A stretch of DNA of 60,584 nt, filler included, from Barthelona sp. PAP020 (taxonomy: Eukaryota): assembly GCA_040182905.1 (NCBI GenBank). It is 3 parts of 3 records of this genome, joined end to end, with 100 filler letters (N's around TTAATTAATTAA, not from the genome) between each part and the next. Parts side by side here need not be neighbours in the genome. Positions count along the whole stretch, not along the records: positions 40,557 to 60,584 come from JARQWU010000195.1; 2 more parts are not named here. One strand, written 5' to 3'. Numbering within the stretch: the stretch's first letter is position 1; each line of letters starts with the position of its first letter. Shown here one piece after another: positions 54,308 through 60,584 of this stretch. Made by a program: the position numbers and the translations under genes. Below the pieces are notes generated by a model. The model worked only from the letters and a program-made list of their open reading frames with translations, ran no database searches and was not told the DNA's origin.

Positions 54308-56479
54308 ATGGTATTGGTCGTTGAAGGAACTCCATTAAGTTGGAATGAAACAAAGAAACAAGCGAATTTCATTCAGCAACAAGCAAAAGTTCAATTTTTA
54401 CAAACTTTGAAGCTCTCTTGTGATAGAAATCATGATCCTTTATTATTTGGTGACGAAATTGAGTATATTTTAATACATTTTGATGAAGAAAATAATCAAG
54501 TTAAATTAGATTTGGATGCTGCTGAATTGATCAAGATTTTATCGAATATTGTTACTTCTCGTGTTGATTGGGGCCCTGAATATGGTAGTTTTATGATCGA
54601 AACGAATCCTAAAGTTCCATATGGTTTCATTTTGGATGATTTATTAGCTATTGAATTTAACATGACATTGAGGAGGAAAATATTATTGAAATATTTGCAA
54701 AAAGGTAGTTTTCCGTTTACTTTAAGTGTATATCCAAGACTGGGTTGTGGTGATGATTGTTTTACAAATTTTGATTATGACGCATCTTTCAACCAAATTA
54801 GTCAGTCAAGTTATGTATCTGATTATTTGATTCATCCTGTTTCTAGATTTGCGACACTTACCAAAAATATTCGTGAAAAACGAGGAAAAAAGGTAGAAAT
54901 CAAAAGATATACGCCTGATAATAAAGAAGTAGTTGGTGATGCAATGGTATTTGGGATGGGATGTGCTGGATTACAAGTGACTTTTCAATGTTTCAATTTG
55001 GAGGACGCATTGATAGTTAATGATAATTTAACATCTATCTGTGCTCCATTTATGGCTCTAAGTGCAGCTTCACCTTGGTTTAAAGGATATTTAGTGAATA
55101 CAGACACAAGACATGATAATATTTCCATGGCAGTTGACGACCGATCTGATGATGAAGATTTTGGATTTTCAAGATATGGACCAAACCAATCGTACATAAG
55201 TTGTATGCATTTTAATGATGTAAATATTCCTTTGAACAAACAAATATATGAAGAATTGTTGGAAGAAAACGTTTCTGAACCATTAGCCAGACATATAGCA
55301 CATATATTGCATCGTAAACCCTTAGTTTTGTATGATAGTGATCTAGATGTTTCAAAAGCGGGACCTTTTCATTATTATAACACCATGGCGTCTATTTCAT
55401 GGACTGGTGTTCGTTTTAAACCTTCAATGAACAATAATGGATGTCTTGTTGAGTTCCGTCCTTTAGAGCTACAGATAACAGATTTTGAAAATACCAGTTT
55501 TATTATTTTTGTCAATCTATTGATAAGAACTCTGTTGTTATTTGATTTGGATTTGAAAATTCCAATATCTTTGACTTTAATCAATTATGAAAGGGCCCAA
55601 AAGATGAATGCTATTGTTGAAGAGAAATTTTGGTTTCCTTGTGATATATTATCCAATGAAATTTGTGTATCATGTAAAAACAAACATTCTTTAATATTTG
55701 ATGGTTACACAGTTCCCAATGATGTAGTCAAGTCAGTTCAAGAATTATCGGAGGATTTTGACGTGGATGAAATGAATTCGGATATTAAGGAAATCCCACA
55801 GATAAAGATATGTGGCTGTGGTAGCAGATGTAAGAGAAAAGATAAGAAATGCAAGAAAACATGTTCAACCACAGAAAACCTTATTGTTGAACCTTTGAAT
55901 ATTGCCAATAGTGAAGTCATAACTAACGGATGTGATATGGATGAATGTGAGTATTATCATGAGCTGATAAGTCAAACTGACGAGTTTGTTACTGTTGAAG
56001 ATTACTTAACTCCATCACCTATACCACGATTATTGAAATCACCAGCTAGGGCTAATAATATTTGTATTGTTCAAACTAATATTGATGAATTGAGACAATT
56101 GGAAGAAGTTCCTGAAAGTTTGGAATTCAAAGAATTTAATGGTAGAAAGTTTATTGAATTATCAGTAAATGAGATTTTTAATGGTAATGAATATTCATAT
56201 GGATTGATAGAGTTAGTTTCTCATTTCTTAACTTTACTGAAACCTGAAAATTCATTAAAATTGAAAATTTCACAATATTTGAGACTTTTATCATTGAGAG
56301 CCAGAGGAGACATAATGACAAATGCCCAATTTATGAGAAAATTGGTAATGGAACACAAAGAATATCAAAATGATTATGTTATTGGTCCAAATATTGCATT
56401 TGATGTTTTGAAAGAATTAAGAGATATTGCTTGTGGGAAATTGCCAGCTAAAGACTTATTCAGAGGTGTTGTTTTGTGA
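54308..56479 (+). CDS. GSH1: Glutamate-cysteine ligase catalytic subunit (eukaryotic type)
   Basis: GTPLSW, FGDEIEY, WGPEYGSFMIETNP, DAMVFGMGCAGLQVTFQ, VRFKP, VEFRPLELQITDFEN, RARGDIMTNAQFMR. Confidence 0.95.
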   Translation: MVLVVEGTPLSWNETKKQANFIQQQAKVQFLQTLKLSCDRNHDPLLFGDEIEYILIHFDEENNQVKLDLDAAELIKILSNIVTSRVDWGPEYGSFMIETNPKVPYGFILDDLLAIEFNMTLRRKILLKYLQKGSFPFTLSVYPRLGCGDDCFTNFDYDASFNQISQSSYVSDYLIHPVSRFATLTKNIREKRGKKVEIKRYTPDNKEVVGDAMVFGMGCAGLQVTFQCFNLEDALIVNDNLTSICAPFMALSAASPWFKGYLVNTDTRHDNISMAVDDRSDDEDFGFSRYGPNQSYISCMHFNDVNIPLNKQIYEELLEENVSEPLARHIAHILHRKPLVLYDSDLDVSKAGPFHYYNTMASISWTGVRFKPSMNNNGCLVEFRPLELQITDFENTSFIIFVNLLIRTLLLFDLDLKIPISLTLINYERAQKMNAIVEEKFWFPCDILSNEICVSCKNKHSLIFDGYTVPNDVVKSVQELSEDFDVDEMNSDIKEIPQIKICGCGSRCKRKDKKCKKTCSTTENLIVEPLNIANSEVITNGCDMDECEYYHELISQTDEFVTVEDYLTPSPIPRLLKSPARANNICIVQTNIDELRQLEEVPESLEFKEFNGRKFIELSVNEIFNGNEYSYGLIELVSHFLTLLKPENSLKLKISQYLRLLSLRARGDIMTNAQFMRKLVMEHKEYQNDYVIGPNIAFDVLKELRDIACGKLPAKDLFRGVVL

Positions 56480-56744
56480 CCTTTTGATACTTTCTCCATA
56501 ATATTTCTAAAATTTTCAAAATATTTTTGTAATTGATAATTGTTAATGCCACATAATTTTATCACCCATTTTTTTTGTCTTAAATAAAAAAAAAACATAA
56601 AGTTTTTATATTTCAACCTTTTTTTTTCGATTTGTTGTTTTGTTCTGATGTTCTTTATCAGCCTATTTTGTCAAATATCACATATTTGGAATAAATTTAT
56701 ATAGTGATCATAATTATTACATGTTACGCCCTTATTCTTTGCCA

Positions 56745-57182
56745 TTAATCAATAAAATGATACCTTAAATTCTGGTTGATTCTTATTTCACCATCATTTC
56801 TATTTGTATCTCCCATTTGATTATTCTTTTTGATCATTTCAATAATTTCTTGACGACATTCCGGACAACAACATCTATTATTATTGTTTAATTCTTGTTC
56901 AAACCAAGGCTTAATACAATCAGCATGAAAATGATGTAAACATGGTAATATTATTATTTCTTCTCCAACTTTTGTTTCAGATAAACAAATACTACATTGA
57001 AACTTTTGTTTTTCAGTAGCCTTGACATGAACTAACGAATTTATTATTGATTCAATCATTACTTGGTGTTCTTGAACAGATATTGAAGAAAGAAATTCTT
57101 CTTCATCATTTAATTGCACAGGTGCAATAACCCTTCTTAAACTGATGTGTATAATCCCAAAAGGTGTAAAAAAGTATGGCAT
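56745..57182 (-). CDS. RING-H2 E3 ubiquitin ligase
   Basis: CSIC...LPCLHHFHADCIKPW...CPECR. The frame stays open upstream to about 57302, so the start is uncertain. Confidence 0.85.
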   Translation of the reverse strand: MPYFFTPFGIIHISLRRVIAPVQLNDEEEFLSSISVQEHQVMIESIINSLVHVKATEKQKFQCSICLSETKVGEEIIILPCLHHFHADCIKPWFEQELNNNNRCCCPECRQEIIEMIKKNNQMGDTNRNDGEIRINQNLRYHFID

Positions 57183-57637
57183 ATGGTGATAATCATGAAA
57201 AGTTAATGATGAATTATTAGCGTTAGTAAAATTTTGAAAATGTTTTACTCTTCTTCTTTTCTCTCTATTCAGGTTCCCACGGTTACTAGATCTATTAATT
57301 CTTCATATTTGAATATTTTTGATAAAATATGTATCTGTTATTAGCCTTTCTATTGAAAAGATGGTATTAACATATTAACTTGTGTTTTTCCATGGAAATA
57401 TCTCCAAAAATGCATGTGAACTAAATTATTTGTAATAATAATTTGCTACAAACTAAAATAGATGAATTAATGTGGTCAATATTCATTTGAGGATACGTAT
57501 TATCAAATTGAAAAATGAGAGTGCTTCAAAGAAGAAAAGCCAAATGATGGTTTTGCAAAAGAAAAAAGAGTTTCCCTTCCAGGTTATTGAAAAAAAAAAA
57601 TGAAAAAGAAAACAAGAAAATTTGTTTGTGATAAAGT

Positions 57638-58525
57638 TTATTCCTGCATTGATTCCTGCAATGAATCCAAGTCATCAACACTAATATCAATAATTTCTTT
57701 AAGATTGCTAACAACACAGTTTTCATCAATTTCATTTAAAGGAAGATGGGAAATTTTTGTGACTAGTAAAATTAAATGATCTTTGGTGGGAAAAATCTTC
57801 TTTATGTTGGAAAAAATTCTGTTTAATCTTATGGACAATTCAATTGCTTCTTCAGTCCATTCTAAATCATCATACAAACCAAAATAGAAATGATGAGTTG
57901 ATTTTTCACCCTTATTTTGAACAAAAGATACACCCTTAGACGCCAATTGAATTCTATCTTCAGGTAACCCGGGTAAAAAAGCAACTACACCATTTTTACC
58001 TACTATAACATCAATAATTCGTTTTTCAAGTGAGGGAAATGAAATAAAAGGTTCGACATCCCTGATATAAAGAGGTGAAACAACAGTATGAAAGCAATTC
58101 AATAATTTCCCGTATTTCCTTCTAGCATCTAAATGGTAACCATCATTTCTATGTCTCAAAACTTCCGTAACAACCAAATCACCTTCATTAAAATAGTTTC
58201 TTAAATTTAGAGAATCTTCTTTTGTAACTTTACCTATATCCTCTCTATTCACATTAGATATGGGTAAAATACCTTTTGAAGGGCATTGTAAGTCAATAAT
58301 AAATCTTCGATTTTTCATAGATTCAATGGTTCCTACGACTATATCAAATAATGATGAATCATAAATTTCTGTGAATGTCTGGATTGTTAATGATTTTTCG
58401 GTCTTTTTTTTGTATCCCAACACAGTCGAATATATTTTGAAATCATCTACTACCGTTCCTGATCCTGAAAAAAATCCATCGGATAATGTTCCAACCTCTT
58501 GTCCTGGTAAAATTGTTTTGGACAT
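57638..58525 (-). CDS. RRP4: Exosome cap subunit Rrp4 (EXOSC2)
   Basis: ILPGQ...GFFSGSGT; S1 domain DIVVGTI...LRNYFNEGDLVVTEV...KYGKL; KH-like IVGKNG. Confidence 0.85.
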   Translation of the reverse strand: MSKTILPGQEVGTLSDGFFSGSGTVVDDFKIYSTVLGYKKKTEKSLTIQTFTEIYDSSLFDIVVGTIESMKNRRFIIDLQCPSKGILPISNVNREDIGKVTKEDSLNLRNYFNEGDLVVTEVLRHRNDGYHLDARRKYGKLLNCFHTVVSPLYIRDVEPFISFPSLEKRIIDVIVGKNGVVAFLPGLPEDRIQLASKGVSFVQNKGEKSTHHFYFGLYDDLEWTEEAIELSIRLNRIFSNIKKIFPTKDHLILLVTKISHLPLNEIDENCVVSNLKEIIDISVDDLDSLQESMQE

Positions 58526-58784
58526 TGAAAAAAAAAAGAATTTTGGAAGAAATTAAATCTTGTCTATTTTATTGTATTTATTGTCATTAGTTATTGTTGG
58601 GACAACAAATAAATAGTTTGTATGATAAAAGTTAATGCATAAAAGAAAAAATATTTGTCTTTATGTTTTCTTTTGACAAAAGGGACATTTTTTTTTTCTT
58701 ATAATATTCTTTAACAATATATAACAGTGGTTTAATAAAAATAAATGAAATTGAAGGAAAAATTTCTTTTAAGAATAAAAAATC

Positions 58785-60365
58785 CTAATTTGAATAGAAA
58801 TTAATTGTGGCATCTTTGTTTTGATTGGAATATCTGGGATTTTTTTGTCTCTTTTTTTTCTCTTCATTAATAGATGAAATGGCAGCCTTCAATTTCAATT
58901 CATTGACATACAAACTTTGAGCTGCCTTCAGCAAAGAAGCTTCATCAGACACTGACCTCATAATGTCAGGTTGAGGTCTTACTCTGGGTTTATCACAAAA
59001 AGATTTAAACCAATTCCATCCTTTATACTTGAATTTTGAAGAACCATTAAAAGATTGCCTAAATACAGGGATCAGCTCAAAAATTTCTTTAGTGTATCGT
59101 AACAAATCTTCATTATTTCCACTATCCAAACATTCCTCTCTCTTTTCAATCAAACAAATAATATTCAATAATACATAGTAGTCATATTCTTTTTTTGCAA
59201 CATCTTGTATCATCTTTATAACTGCAGTTCTGCTGCTTCCTTTTGGAAAAGAATTTTTTTTCTGATTCAAATCAGCTCCCCTGTACCCCAAAACCTTCAA
59301 CAATTTAAGGTATCTTTTAAGAAGAATAGTTCTACACGCATCCAATTGTGAATCTTGCATGCGTTGAAATTCTGCCGGTGTTAAATCATTAACAGTTGGA
59401 GGCTTCATATCTTCATCAAAATTAGCAAGGACTTCAGCTGTTACAACGGTTGTATAATCACTTGATTTTGAAAAATTGACAGGAATAACAATGTCTTGTA
59501 AAATATAATCTTTCTTTCTATCTTTAAATGCAGTTAGTTGTTTTTGACTGGAATTCTTACGATATTTTAAAACAATTTTCGCTGGGTCACTCAATTCATT
59601 TGGATTGACTGTTTCCCTAAACACTTTTGATTCAACAAATTTGCAATGAGGATCTAATATTGAATCATAATTCAACATGCTATGTTCAACCTTTGGTGAA
59701 CAGTTGAATCCATAATCGAAATTCATTTGTTTTTGAGGCTTATTTTGTCCTGATAATTTTGGATTTCTAGATTTGGAAGAAGCCGTCAAAGGACGATTAC
59801 TGTGTAACAATGTTGCAGCTTTGGGCATCAATATTGTTTCATCATCCATTATCCCAATAGAAGTTGTCGGTCTAACAAATTCTCGTGCAGACAAAGGTCT
59901 ACTAATCTTTTCCATAGTCAATGGGGTTTTTGATTTTGTAAAGTCTGAAATTTGTTTTTTGTTTTTTGGTTTTTTTTGAGATAGCAATTCAGTTATTTTA
60001 TTTTCCAATGATTTATTGCTCAATTCTAACTTTCTAAAACTTTGGGCCATACGGTTGACCTTTTTTTTTGATTCCAATTCCAAACGAGGTATTTTAATTG
60101 TTTTTTTTCGATTTTTTTTCAAAACATTTTCATAATCTGAATCTAAATATTTATCATTGTAAAATATGCTGTCATTGTCTTTCTTATTTATTGGTGATGT
60201 TTCAAATAAATCACGAAATTTTTTAGAAGAAGATAACGGAAATTCTTCATAAGTATCAGATAAATCATGATTTGCACGTCTATTATTAATTTTTGGAGTG
60301 AGTAAATTGGACTTATGATAATCATGATCATTATTTCTCGTCAATGAATATTCTTTGTCACCCAT
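58785..60365 (-). CDS. Hypothetical basic coiled-coil protein
   Basis: ORF of about 525 aa from the ATG at 60365; RPLSA/RPTTS/RPLTA motifs; no family recognised. Confidence 0.7.
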   Translation of the reverse strand: MGDKEYSLTRNNDHDYHKSNLLTPKINNRRANHDLSDTYEEFPLSSSKKFRDLFETSPINKKDNDSIFYNDKYLDSDYENVLKKNRKKTIKIPRLELESKKKVNRMAQSFRKLELSNKSLENKITELLSQKKPKNKKQISDFTKSKTPLTMEKISRPLSAREFVRPTTSIGIMDDETILMPKAATLLHSNRPLTASSKSRNPKLSGQNKPQKQMNFDYGFNCSPKVEHSMLNYDSILDPHCKFVESKVFRETVNPNELSDPAKIVLKYRKNSSQKQLTAFKDRKKDYILQDIVIPVNFSKSSDYTTVVTAEVLANFDEDMKPPTVNDLTPAEFQRMQDSQLDACRTILLKRYLKLLKVLGYRGADLNQKKNSFPKGSSRTAVIKMIQDVAKKEYDYYVLLNIICLIEKREECLDSGNNEDLLRYTKEIFELIPVFRQSFNGSSKFKYKGWNWFKSFCDKPRVRPQPDIMRSVSDEASLLKAAQSLYVNELKLKAAISSINEEKKKRQKNPRYSNQNKDATINFYSN

Positions 60366-60584
60366 TTTCTTTGAACTAGTTTTTTGAAACAATTGTTTGA
60401 AAGAATAATCAATTCAACAAAAGAAAAAAAAAGAAAAAAAAATTTGCTGATTTTTTCAAACAAAAGTTTTTATGAAATAGTGCCTTTCTCAAGTTCACAT
60501 TCAACAAATCCTTGACAATCAATGGGATTTTCCATCAAAACCACTTGATGATTTTTAATGGTAAAATATGGAAGAATTCTTTGC

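Noticed and set aside
685..58525. Apparent RNA-decay gene cluster (DEAH helicase, DXO, CNOT10, DIS3, RRP4) and thiol pair (cysK, GSH1)
   Set aside because: The genes lie on three unlinked contigs, so co-occurrence in the window is an artefact of concatenation.
1..60584. CRISPR arrays, rRNA or tRNA genes, prokaryotic operons, alternative genetic code
   Set aside because: No regularly spaced repeats or rRNA/tRNA signatures were seen. Gene content is eukaryotic, and TAA, TAG and TGA all end conserved genes at expected positions.

Overview
AT-rich, gene-dense, intron-poor eukaryotic DNA using the standard genetic code. It probably comes from a flagellated protist: it has a CFAP20DC-like gene, and its one clear intron has a metamonad-style fused branch point/3' splice site (lineage is inference). 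The window is three separate contigs (1-20214, 20315-40456, 40557-60584) joined by artificial N44-TTAATTAATTAA-N44 spacers, so adjacency across the spacers means nothing. Most genes are recognisable housekeeping genes: RWD-DEAH helicase, cysteine synthase, CNNM/CorC-type transporter, DXO/Rai1, TFIIIC tau138, WDR37, CAF-1 large subunit, CNOT10, legumain, HMG-CoA synthase, DIS3, Nup98-96, CFAP20DC, V-ATPase E, glutamate-cysteine ligase, a RING-H2 protein and RRP4, plus several orphan membrane proteins. The most notable items are: (1) an RNF213/mysterin-like tandem AAA+ protein; (2) a roughly 350 nt GC-enriched, structured, unassigned ncRNA candidate at about 8517-8869; (3) a 2.1 kb element bounded by roughly 300 bp inverted repeats that carries a truncated ankyrin fragment (Pack-MULE-like), with further repeat copies on another contig; (4) a bacterial-type CNNM gene interrupted by a 41 nt spliceosomal intron that the ORF track missed; (5) several enzymes with altered catalytic or substrate motifs. 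All family calls are motif recognition by eye; no searches were run.
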